Below the pieces are notes generated by a model. It saw nothing but the letters and a program-made list of their open reading frames with translations. It was not told the origin of the DNA and did no database searches. A stretch of DNA of 64,000 nucleotides from an uncultured Verrucomicrobiae bacterium (GTDB taxonomy: Bacteria > Verrucomicrobiota > Verrucomicrobiia > Chthoniobacterales > UBA10450): the NCBI GenBank assembly GCA_963720895.1, contig CAVRGZ010000006.1:8328-72327 (forward strand), read 5' to 3'. The position numbers and the translations under genes are program-made. Position 1 is the first letter of the stretch; every line of letters begins with the position of its first letter. Below, piece by piece: positions 8,601 through 17,991 of this stretch.

Positions 8601-9809
8601 ATGAAAAACAAAACATCTATTCTTCTTAGTCTCGTGGGGTGCGCGCTTGGCGCGACCTTTACCAGCAGTGCATTGGCTAACCATCGAAGTGGCGATTTCG
8701 CCTTGCCCGAGATCATGACCGCTGGCGATTTCAATCAGGACGGCAACCTCGATCTCGCGGTCAACCTTTCTGGCTTCGATAACTTCGCGGTTCTGACCGG
8801 GGACGGTCACGGTGGTTTTACCCTGAAGAGTCATGTTGCGACCGATACGCTTCCGAAAAGTGTTGTTAGTGGAGACGTCGACGGTGATGGAAAGCTCGAC
8901 ATCGTGGCGGTCTCCGATTGGGGCTATACGATTAAGATCTTCCTCGGCGATGGCCTGGGTGGCTTCCATCTCTCCACTGTCCTGAATGGGGACGGAGAAC
9001 CAGTTAGAGTCCGGTTGGCCGATTTGGATAAGGACGGCAACCTTGACATTCTGGCCGATGCGCCAGCGGAAGGCATCCTCCTCATTTACTTCGGTCGCGG
9101 TGGCGGCGCTTTCAGTAATTCACCTCTCGAGCTGGAAGGATACACGAATCTCGCGCAGTTAATGACTGGCGATTTCAACAGAGATTCCAACCTCGATATT
9201 GCGTTTACCTATTTCGAGAACAAACTTGTGGATGGAACGCATTTGCAGATTCTCCTCGGCGACGGCCACCGTAATTTCACGGTCGGTCAAAATGTGGTGA
9301 TCAACTCGCAGTGCAATAACATCGAGGTCAGCGATTTGAACAAGGACGGTAAACTTGACCTTGTTCTCGCGGGAGCAATTTCGGAGAACGGCACAGGTCT
9401 CTTCATTTCCAGCTACCTCGGCGACGGCCACGGCAACTTTGCCGTGCAGCAAGTGATCGATCTCGGAGAAGGTGCCACCCGCGGGGAAATTTCGCTCGGT
9501 GACTTTAACGAGGATGGCAACATGGATGTTGCCTATCCATTGTCATCCGATGGCGGTATGAGACATGATTTCAGCACGGATCTCCTCATTTATCTCGGGG
9601 ATGGCGCCGGCAATTTCACCCAAGGCCAAACAGTCACTGTCGGGAAGGAACCCGGCTCCACCTGGACGGCTGATTTTAACAAGGACGGACACACAGATAT
9701 TGCCTGCACCAATCGCACCGATACGACGCTTTCGATTCTTCTTGGCAATGGAAATGGAACCTTTGTCACCCATGCCACCATTCCGTTGAACGCCTTGTCG
9801 ACGCCCTGA
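8601..9809 (+). CDS. FG-GAP/VCBS-repeat protein, copy A (intact)
   Basis: 402-aa ORF with a signal peptide (MKNKTSILLSLVGCALGATFTSSALA). It has seven or more repeats of GDFN.DGNLD.A........LGDG.G.F. It starts 9 nt after the preceding gene. Confidence 0.85.
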   Translation: MKNKTSILLSLVGCALGATFTSSALANHRSGDFALPEIMTAGDFNQDGNLDLAVNLSGFDNFAVLTGDGHGGFTLKSHVATDTLPKSVVSGDVDGDGKLDIVAVSDWGYTIKIFLGDGLGGFHLSTVLNGDGEPVRVRLADLDKDGNLDILADAPAEGILLIYFGRGGGAFSNSPLELEGYTNLAQLMTGDFNRDSNLDIAFTYFENKLVDGTHLQILLGDGHRNFTVGQNVVINSQCNNIEVSDLNKDGKLDLVLAGAISENGTGLFISSYLGDGHGNFAVQQVIDLGEGATRGEISLGDFNEDGNMDVAYPLSSDGGMRHDFSTDLLIYLGDGAGNFTQGQTVTVGKEPGSTWTADFNKDGHTDIACTNRTDTTLSILLGNGNGTFVTHATIPLNALSTP

Positions 9810-9851
9810 GGCCAGTGCGCAACGGCAGAGCCTGTCCGGAGGAGCGAATCG

Positions 9852-9884
9852 GAACTCCCTGGATGCCAGACATCTAGGGAGTTC
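9852..9884 (+). terminator. Hairpin between the two duplication units (possible terminator)
   Basis: GAACTCCCT (9852-9860) pairs with AGGGAGTTC (9876-9884) across a 15-nt loop and is followed by TTT. The loop is long and the T-run short, so this is weak as an intrinsic terminator. Confidence 0.3.
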
Positions 9885-9985
9885 TTTAGGCTCTCCCAAA
9901 ACGCCGGGGCGCAAAAGGGTCAGCAAGTAATTGAATTAGCCATAAATTTTCTTGCAACTTTTCCCGAATTCTGGCGAATTTGTTT

Positions 9986-11425
9986 ATGAACTTCCATCTC
10001 GGACAACGCCTCAGACCGACCCGTCTGGATAACCGCATATCCCCGCCGTCTCGACCGCACTTGATCCTCCCTCTGATTTGTGCGGTTTCACTGGTAACAA
10101 CAGCCCGAGCGACGACCGTGCTCGATCCGTTGCCGGAACCCTCGAGCACCCTCTTCGGCTACAGCGTCGCCTCTCTTGGAGACGTCAATGGAGATTCAGT
10201 GCCCGATTACGCAGTCGGAGCGCCTTACCAGGATGGCGATTTTGTCTCGACCGTGACGGGCTTTGGGCTGCCGCAGAATGTTGGAAAAGTGCTTGTCATC
10301 GACGGAGCCACCTTGGCCACGCTGAGCGAAATGAATGACCCGGAATTTGAGCTGATACAGCCGCAGCATTTTGGCGGTCAACTGGGTTGGTCGCTCTCGG
10401 TCTCGAGTGATATCAATGGGGACGGCGTGGCCGATGTGATCGCTGGGGTACCGCATCACATTGCTGACCCAAACGTTCACGAGTCGATCATTAACGCGGG
10501 CAAAGCGCTCGTTTTCAGCGGCAAGGATGGCGCTCTGCTCTTTACTCTCCTGGATCCGGACGAACAGGAGGATGGCCTCTTTGGGAACTCTGTGGCCGCG
10601 CTGGGTGACGTCAATTCCGACGGGGTCGCTGACTTTGCCGTGGGCGTACCTGGCCATGACATAGGAGACGAAGGAGATGGAGTGGCGAATGTGGGAACGG
10701 CTTACATCTTCAGCGGCAAGACAGGAGCCGTGATTCGCACCCTGGAGGATCCTCCCCGTGGCGGAGAGGAGGCCGGTGCCGCCTTTGGGACGGCAATTGC
10801 CAACGCGGGTGATGTCAACAGTGATGGCGTTTCCGATGTCGTTGTGGGTGCGCCTGGCGAAGGCCGCGTTCATGTCTTCAATGGCAAGACGGGCGCGCTC
10901 CTCTATACGATCGTCGGTCCCGAAACGGAATTGCTTACCTCCTTTGGGGCGGCGGTCGCCGGTGGGCAGGATTTCAGCAAGGATAAGAAGCCCGATATTG
11001 TTGTCGGTGCTCCTTTGCAATCGGGCAGCCGGGGCGCGGCCTATGTCTACAATGGACCTGATGGGACCTTGATTCGTCGCTTGAAATCGCCTGTTTCCCA
11101 GGCCTTCGCAAAGTTTGGGGCATCGGTTTACGCCGCGCCCGATCTGAGCGGAGATAAGCGGGCTGATATTATTGTTGGTGCTCCGGGCCAAAACGTGAAC
11201 GGATTGCTCGGTGCTGGTCAGGCCTTTGTCTTTGACGGGGTTAAGGGCCGGCTTACGAGCACTCTGACAAGTGACAAGCCGCAAAGCAACGCCGGTTTCG
11301 GGACGGCCTTAAGTTCGATCCGTCCCGCGGGAAGCCAGGTCTCCACTCCCGTGGTTCGAGTACCTTACCAGGACTCATTCGATTCCATAACCCATCTGCA
11401 GATCGGCCAGATCGAGATTCAATAG
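9986..11425 (+). CDS. FG-GAP / integrin-alpha-like beta-propeller repeat protein, copy B
   Basis: ORF 9980..11425 (TTG 9980 or ATG 9986). It differs from copy A at 3 residues (P/L near the N-terminus, I/V, G/R). Confidence 0.85.
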   Translation: MNFHLGQRLRPTRLDNRISPPSRPHLILPLICAVSLVTTARATTVLDPLPEPSSTLFGYSVASLGDVNGDSVPDYAVGAPYQDGDFVSTVTGFGLPQNVGKVLVIDGATLATLSEMNDPEFELIQPQHFGGQLGWSLSVSSDINGDGVADVIAGVPHHIADPNVHESIINAGKALVFSGKDGALLFTLLDPDEQEDGLFGNSVAALGDVNSDGVADFAVGVPGHDIGDEGDGVANVGTAYIFSGKTGAVIRTLEDPPRGGEEAGAAFGTAIANAGDVNSDGVSDVVVGAPGEGRVHVFNGKTGALLYTIVGPETELLTSFGAAVAGGQDFSKDKKPDIVVGAPLQSGSRGAAYVYNGPDGTLIRRLKSPVSQAFAKFGASVYAAPDLSGDKRADIIVGAPGQNVNGLLGAGQAFVFDGVKGRLTSTLTSDKPQSNAGFGTALSSIRPAGSQVSTPVVRVPYQDSFDSITHLQIGQIEIQ

Positions 11426-11433
11426 ACTAAAAC

Positions 11434-12640
11434 ATGAAAAACAAAACATCTATTCTTCTTAGTCTCGTGGGGTGCGCGCTTGGCGCGACCTTTACCAGCA
11501 GTGCATTGGCTAACCATCGAAGTGGCGATTTCGCCTTGCCCGAGATCATGACCGCTGGCGATTTCAATCAGGACGGCAACCTCGATCTCGCGGTCAACCT
11601 TTCTGGCTTCGATAACTTCGCGGTTCTGACCGGGGACGGTCACGGTGGTTTTACCCTGAAGAGTCATGTTGCGACCGATACGCTTCCGAAAAGTGTTGTT
11701 AGTGGAGACGTCGATGGTGATGGCAACCTCGATATCGTGGCGATCAACGATTGGGGGTATAGCATCAAGGTCTTCCTCGGCGATGGCCTCGGTGGTTTCC
11801 ATCTCTCCACTGTCCTGAATGGGGACGGAGAACCAAACCGAGTCCGGTTGGCCGATTTGGATAAAGACGGTAACCTTGACATTCTGGCCGATGCGCCAGC
11901 GGAAGGCATCCTCCTCATTTACTTCGGTCGCGGTGGCGGCGCTTTCAGTAACTCACCTTCTCGAGCTGGAAAAATATTCAAATCTTGTCCAGCTGAAAAC
12001 TGGCGATTTCAATAAAGATTCCAACCTCGATATTGCGATCACCTATTTCGAGAATAAGAATTCGGATGGGACTCATTTGCAAATTTTCCTCGGCGACGGC
12101 CACGGTAATTTCACGGTCGGTCAAAATGTAGTGATTAACTCGCAGTGCAATAACATCGAGGTCAGCGATCTGAATAAGGATGGCAACCTTGACCTTGTTC
12201 TGGCGGGAGCAGGCTCGGAGAATGACACAGGTCTCTTCATTTCCAGTTACCTCGGCGACGGCCATGGCAACTTTACCTTAAAGCAGGCGATCGACCTTGG
12301 AGAAGGTGCCACCCGTGGGGAAATTTCGCTCGGTGACTTTAACGAGGATGGCAACATGGATGTGGCTTTTCCTTTGTCTTCGAAGCAGATCCATCGTGAT
12401 AAAAGCACGGATCTGCTTATTTATCTTGGAGACGGCACCGGCAAATTTACGCAGGGTCAGACGGCGACTGTCGGGAACGAACCTGGCTCTACCTGGACGG
12501 CTGATTTTAACAAGGACGGGCACACAGATATTGCCTGCACCAATCGCACCGACGGGACGCTTTCGATTCTTCTTGGCAATGGAAATGGAACCTTTGTCAC
12601 CCATGCCACCATTCAGTTGAACGCCCTTTCGACGCCCTGA
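11434..12640 (+). pseudogene. FG-GAP/VCBS-repeat protein, copy B, interrupted by a +1 frameshift
   Basis: ORFs 11434..12015 and 11819..12640 together are colinear with copy A. Copy A reads cacctctcgag (9121-9131) and copy B reads caccttctcgag (about 11955-11966). The extra T shifts the frame. Confidence 0.7.
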
Positions 12641-12733
12641 TTCAAAGTGCTTCGCGCGGTTGAGTGGGCGTCGGCACGCCTGCGGTTCGTCTGGGACGCA
12701 GAGGGGCGCAAGCAATCGTCTTGGCGAGGCGGC

Positions 12734-14105
12734 TCAAGAGGGCACTGACATCCATTCTTCAGTGGTCGGGAGCGGGGAATTAGGTTCCCAAATAGCAGCC
12801 CGCTCGGGATGAAAGCGCGAACCGATCGGGATCGAATAATCGTCTTCGTGTTCGTACTCCCGTGTCCGCGCGAGCATTTTGCGGAACGCGAGAATCGCAC
12901 GCGAGGGCTGGTGCTCGGTCTCATAGACGCGACCGGCAAACGCATCAATCATCTCTTCGCGATAGAAGTGATGGACAAGTCCCGAGAAGGTGAACGGCTG
13001 CTCCCAAAAGAGGTCCACCATGTCTTCGAGGTTGTCGGCGCCCTTTTCGCAAAAGACCATGTGCTCGGCGAACGGATTCTCCGAGTCTCGTCCTTTGCCC
13101 CCGAGATACCTGAGCACGTGAGGAACGGCAAATTCCGCCTCACGCATCGTAGCCGAGAGGCCGAAGGAAAAAATGGGGTCAATAAAGCGGTGCGCGTCGC
13201 CGATACAGATAAAACCTTTCCCGCAAAACCGGCGCACTTGGTAAGAGTAGTTCGGTATTACATGCACGTCTTCGACCATCCTAATATCGAGAGACCGGGA
13301 CTTTAGGTCGGGGTTAATCTCGGGAAGGTAACTGCGAAAGAACTCTTCTCTGGTTTGGCCTGATTCCTGGAACGTCGCCGACGGTGCAACCAGTCCCAGA
13401 CTTACGACCTGATCGTCGATCGGGATGAACCAGGCCCAGTGGAACTTTTCCTTGTAAAAAATGAGCGTATTGCCTTTCGCCTCCGCGCCGGAACTGCCGC
13501 TGTCGCGGAGAGCACCGGTTACATGGGTGAAAAAGGCGATCTGTTTGTCATAGCTGCCGACATATTTCGGTCCAGTGATTCGCTGGTTCGCGAGGAAGGT
13601 CGCCATCCCGGAACAATCGAGCACCATTTCGGATTCAATGTCCTCCAACCCGCCATCGGGATGACGCATGGTTACTCCGCGCACCGCGCCATCTGCGCCG
13701 AGCAGCGCTTTCACGGCTTTGCCCCGCACGACCGTTGCGCCTCGTGCTTCGGACTCCTGCAGGAGCATTCGATCAAATTCGCTTCGGCGAACCTGCCATG
13801 TGGTTCCCGGCGACATTTTCCAATCCTGAGTGCGCGCCGCCACCGGGACGAACCAGGAGTTCTCCCCGGACGCGCCGTAGACCTTTACGCCATGTTTAAT
13901 CGGACAATTGGCGGCCTCCATTTTGTTCTCCAAACCAAGCCTCCGCATGTACCTGGCCCGCCTCTCCAGTCATCGACTCGCCAATATGGAAACGAGGAAA
14001 TTCTTCCTGTTCGAGGATAATCGGCCTGATGCCTTCACGAAGCAGAAACATGGCGGACATGGCGCCGCCAGGGCCTCCCCCAATAATGACGACGTCTGTT
14101 TTCAT
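12734..14105 (-). pseudogene. Flavin-dependent halogenase (Trp-halogenase family), one frameshift as assembled
   Basis: N-terminal ORF 13896..14105 has MKTDVVIIGGGPGGAMSA (GxGxxG) and FPRFHIGES. ORF 12734..13948 continues with CPIKHGVKVYG (conserved Lys) and FHWAWFIPI (WxWxIP motif). The frames join near 13950-13960. Confidence 0.75.
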
Positions 14106-14504
14106 GGATAAAGGCCAGCTCCACTCTCAGTTGTGACTAAGACCGCATCATTTCCCGAGCGGGCGGGACTTTTGCAAGTCGAGGGCAAAATCCAGGGTGC
14201 CGAAAAGGGTTCTGTCGAATTTCGTCCGATAATGAAAGCCGTGGACAGGCTCTGCGGTGCGAATTCATTGGTTTCGTCTACAGTAATTTTGTCTGGACTT
14301 GCAATAGAAAAGTTGCTTGATCGGCACGCTGCGAAGGCGCCTTTTCGGCGCTGCCGAATACTCAGAAGGCTTTTGGAATTTGATCGACCAAATCGTGGTG
14401 ACTCAACATGATCAAAGGATGACTTCGGCGCCAAAAAGCCTAATCACATTTTTAAACTCGGGATTGGATGGGGCAGCTTTTATTTTGTCCGGTCCTGCGA
14501 GCGA

Positions 14505-15385
14505 GTGTTGCCGCTGAGTTTGTTCAGCCTTCTGTTGTGGCCTCTCGCGGCTGCCTGGGACTTGATGCAAATTCGAGCGCGCAAGCCCTGGGTACACTGG
14601 CATCGTTTCCCGCGGTCATGGCGCCCGAAACGCTGGCGTTACGTTCTCCGGCACAGCCTCGGTCTCTATCACTCACAGCTGTTCTATATGTGGCCGGATC
14701 GTCTCACCAGTCCGCGTTGGCTGAACCGGTGTCGCTTCGAGGGCGACCGCAAATTGCTTGAACGCGCGGACGACGATCAAGGCATCGTCCTGGTTTCGGT
14801 ACATTTCGGGCCGTTTGAGATTTTGCCCTATTGGCTGCGCGCATATGGGATCCCAGCGACGAGCGTGCGCGCCGATCCGCCCGAAGCGCTTCGAAGCCTA
14901 ACGAATTATCAGTATTCTTTGAGTCCGCCAGCCGATACCCGGTGTTTATTTTCGCAAGTGATTTAACCCCCGTGCCGCGATTCTCGCACATCCGCAAGAT
15001 TGTCGGACCGGGGCGGCGATTGCTCGTCATGGTCGATCCGAATCGAGGTGTGATGGCCGATATCCCGTTTCAAGATCGATTGTTTCACATGGCCACTGGG
15101 GCAATCCAGCTGGCACAGATGTCGGGAGCCAAACTCATACCGTGCATGATCACGGAAGATTCCACTTGGAAATTTACCATTCACGTCGGTACCCCAGTGC
15201 CACAAGAATGGATTGGCCGGTCGCCGGACATGCAGGCAATTGGAACTCATTTGCTGCGGGAATTCTCCAAGGTGGTCACTCGTTTCCCAGTGCAATGTAA
15301 GATGCGCTGCCTGCGAGCGATGTGGCCGCTGCCGGATGATGGAATTGCAGAACGATCCGCGGTCCAAGCTGAAACCGTAGGCTAG
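14505..15385 (+). pseudogene. LpxL/HtrB-type (lysophospholipid/lipid A) acyltransferase, one frameshift as assembled
   Basis: ORF 14505..14966 (GTG start) has an N-terminal TM helix and VSVHFGPFE (an HX4D/E acyltransferase motif). ORF 14831..15385 continues with the C-terminal half (RRLLVMVDPNRG...ATGAIQLAQMSGAKLIP). The frames join near 14930-14945. Confidence 0.65.
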
Positions 15386-15438
15386 GGCCACGACATCGCC
15401 GTCCCTGAACTGAAGCCGGTGTTTGGAGGGGAAACGCC

Positions 15439-15789
15439 TTAGGCAGTAACTGGTTCCCGGACTGGCGTGGTCGCGAGGTTGGAGCCGTCCCCGCCGTTTT
15501 CTGAACCATTCATACCAATTCCCAGCTTCCGGTTAATGAAAATCTCGCAGTCGTTAAGCGTCTGAAAATTTTCCGGGAGCATGTCCGTGTCTTCGATCGT
15601 CAATGGAAAGGCAGTTTCCAGGAAATCGATCATCCGCAATGAACCAAGGGAATCGATGATATTGTTGGTCAGAAGCGGTTCGTCGTCCTTCAATTCGGTG
15701 AGGCCTCGACCGGCTGCGTATTCGAGAACGAATTCGCGAACCTTCCCTTTTACATCCCCAAGCGGTGTGTTCAAATTGTTTGCTGTCAT
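15439..15789 (-). CDS. Acyl carrier protein (stand-alone, with Gly/Asn-rich C-terminal tail)
   Basis: 116-aa ORF. The motif IIDSLGSLRMIDFLE is the DSL phosphopantetheine attachment-site pattern. The extra roughly 30-aa tail is GIGMNGSENGGDGSNLATTPVREPVTA. Confidence 0.8.
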   Translation of the reverse strand: MTANNLNTPLGDVKGKVREFVLEYAAGRGLTELKDDEPLLTNNIIDSLGSLRMIDFLETAFPLTIEDTDMLPENFQTLNDCEIFINRKLGIGMNGSENGGDGSNLATTPVREPVTA

Positions 15790-15930
15790 TTGGGTATTTT
15801 GTTAAACATATCGCGACCCTGTCGAGCACAATTTTATTCGGTGATTGACATTTTCGTTGCCGCTCGATGACATGGCGATTGCAAACTCCCGCTGTTGGAC
15901 ATTACGGATCTCAGGCGTGAGAAAGAGACT

Positions 15931-16932
15931 ATGAAATCAGAGGTTGGAATTCTGTCGGCGTCATTTCAGGTGCCAAAGGCCAAGCACACCGCTGAGGATC
16001 TATTTCACGAGGAAGGGGCTCTCTACAATCCTGAAATCGCTGCCAGGCTTGGAATTGCGCAGGTGTACCTTCAAGACGGAGCGGCGAGTGAGACCGCATC
16101 AAATATGGCGGTGGCGGCCGGCCGCGAAGCCCTACTGCGCGCCAAGGTCGATCCGCAGACCGTGAATGTCGTGGTTGAGTATTCCATTATGCCACAGGAA
16201 TACCTCGTGCCGGTCTGGAATATGAGCAACAAGGTTCAGGCCGAGGTGGGTGCCGCGAAGTCGTTCGTCGTCGGCTTCAGTGGTGGGGGCTCCAGCAATT
16301 TCATGGTCGCGCTCAGTTCAGCAGCCGCAATGTTGTCGGAAAATGAGGAACTGAAGACCGCCTTGCTCGTTACCGGCGACACCACGATCCCTGGCAATCG
16401 GGTCCTCAACCCGAAGGATCCGGTGACGATATTGGGCGATGGAGCGAGTGCAGTCGTCCTGCAGCGCGACTCACCTCGTAGTGTGGTGATCGACACCGAG
16501 CTATGGTCCGATGGTAGCAATCACGACATTTGTTACATTCCGGGCGGCTCACTGGTCCATCCCGAGGACATTGGCCTTTACCGGATGCAACTAGATAAGG
16601 CTCGCTATGACGCCTTTCCGAGGTCGGAAACGCTTCGTCGGATGAGCGATCGGCTGTTAGGCCGCGCCGGGCTGACTCTCTCCGACGTCGGTTGCGTGCT
16701 GTGTTCGAATGTCTCTGCGGAGGATGAAACGGCGATACAAAAGGTCTTTGACAACAAAGTCTCTCCGGTTTGTGCGGCCAATCGGGAGCGGCACGGACAT
16801 CTGCAAGGCACCGATTTCCCGCTCAACTATCTTTCCCTGGTCGAGAGCGGCAAGGTCAAGCAAGGCGACTACATACTCGCCGTGTCCCACGGGATGGGCG
16901 CAACCGTGGCGGTAACCCTCCTGCGTTATTGA
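15931..16932 (+). CDS. KAS III (FabH)-like protein with Ser in place of the nucleophile Cys
   Basis: ORF 15895..16932, likely start ATG 15931 (MKSEVGIL). It has the FabH-like fold pattern. The position of the FabH active-site Cys reads GFSGGGSSNF. The region equivalent to the FabH Asn reads ERHGHLQGTD. Confidence 0.75.
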   Translation: MKSEVGILSASFQVPKAKHTAEDLFHEEGALYNPEIAARLGIAQVYLQDGAASETASNMAVAAGREALLRAKVDPQTVNVVVEYSIMPQEYLVPVWNMSNKVQAEVGAAKSFVVGFSGGGSSNFMVALSSAAAMLSENEELKTALLVTGDTTIPGNRVLNPKDPVTILGDGASAVVLQRDSPRSVVIDTELWSDGSNHDICYIPGGSLVHPEDIGLYRMQLDKARYDAFPRSETLRRMSDRLLGRAGLTLSDVGCVLCSNVSAEDETAIQKVFDNKVSPVCAANRERHGHLQGTDFPLNYLSLVESGKVKQGDYILAVSHGMGATVAVTLLRY

Positions 16933-16957
16933 TGCGCAAGGATTTCGGAACTGAATT

Positions 16958-17977
16958 ATGAACGCCAGCATCGGCATCCTCGAAGCAAATTACTACCTTC
17001 CGTCCACCAAGAAGACTTTGTCGCAGGTCTTTGAAGATGAAGAAAAGCCCACTGCGGCCTTTGATGCCAATGTGGATTTCCAGAAGGATATCGGGATCGA
17101 TGCTTTACACATAGCGAAAAATGAAACGGCCGCCGACCTATGTATCAACGCTGCCAAGCTTACTATGTCCAAATCGGGAATCGATCCGGATGAGATTGAC
17201 CTGATCATAGACTTCACCAGCATCCCCGAAGACTATGTCGCGCCGACCTGGTCGGCGGCGGGGCAGGTTCAAAAGGCAATTGGAGCGACCCGTGCCTTCA
17301 CCACGGCGATTAACACAGGCGGTTGTGCCAGCTATCAGACCACCCTCAAAACTGCCTGTTCGCTCATGTCGGCTAACGATCGATATCAGACGGCGCTCCT
17401 TGTCGCCGGGGATAAGGCGCCTGAGCTCAATCACAACTACTTTCCCATCACTGTCGTTTCAGATGGGGGCAGCGCGGTTCTCCTGAGAAAAGGCATGACC
17501 ACGCGACGGATTCTGGGTGTTGAAGTCGCGACGGTGGGGAGACTGCACGATATGTGGGTTATTCCCGGCATTCACAATCGGAAAGCCGAGGACATAGGCG
17601 GCAGATATCCACGCTGGCTTCACGTTTGCGGCGATATCCAGCGATTTAACAAGGAGCTAATCCCAATTAATTTATTCATGTTTCGCAAGGTAATGCTCGG
17701 CGTCCTCAAGCAGGTCGGCAAAAAAATGCAGGACGTTGATTACTTCGTTTATCCCACCTTTTCTCTTTGGGATCAAAACGCTTTCATAAAGGCGTTTGGC
17801 TTGGCTCGGGAAAAAGTTTCCACGGAGAACATGCATCACGGGCATTTGCAGGAAACCGACATGGTGGTCGGCTATGTCGATGCGCTTGCAGCGGGTAAAA
17901 TTAAGGATGGCGACCTGGTTATGCTGGCCACCAACGGCGCCGGATTCTCCTGGGGAGCGTCCCTCGTTCAGCACTAA
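16958..17977 (+). CDS. KAS III (FabH)-like ketosynthase, Cys present
   Basis: 339-aa ORF. The active-site region is AINTGGCASYQ, with Cys retained. The Asn-equivalent region is NMHHGHLQETD. The C-terminus is GAGFSWGASLVQH, comparable with the FabH C-terminus GGGFTWGSALVRF. Confidence 0.8.
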   Translation: MNASIGILEANYYLPSTKKTLSQVFEDEEKPTAAFDANVDFQKDIGIDALHIAKNETAADLCINAAKLTMSKSGIDPDEIDLIIDFTSIPEDYVAPTWSAAGQVQKAIGATRAFTTAINTGGCASYQTTLKTACSLMSANDRYQTALLVAGDKAPELNHNYFPITVVSDGGSAVLLRKGMTTRRILGVEVATVGRLHDMWVIPGIHNRKAEDIGGRYPRWLHVCGDIQRFNKELIPINLFMFRKVMLGVLKQVGKKMQDVDYFVYPTFSLWDQNAFIKAFGLAREKVSTENMHHGHLQETDMVVGYVDALAAGKIKDGDLVMLATNGAGFSWGASLVQH

Positions 17978-17991
17978 AGACGGAGAAGTCT

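Larger units (their letters stand above)
7103..9809. repeat. Tandem duplication, unit A (promoter-proximal 50 nt plus FG-GAP gene plus VCBS gene)
   Basis: Aligns with 9936..12640 at an offset of +2833. I see 7 substitutions across 7103-8885. Identity then drops to roughly 85-90% up to the stop codon. Confidence 0.9.
9936..12640. repeat. Tandem duplication, unit B
   Basis: Second copy of 7103..9809. See unit A. Confidence 0.9.
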
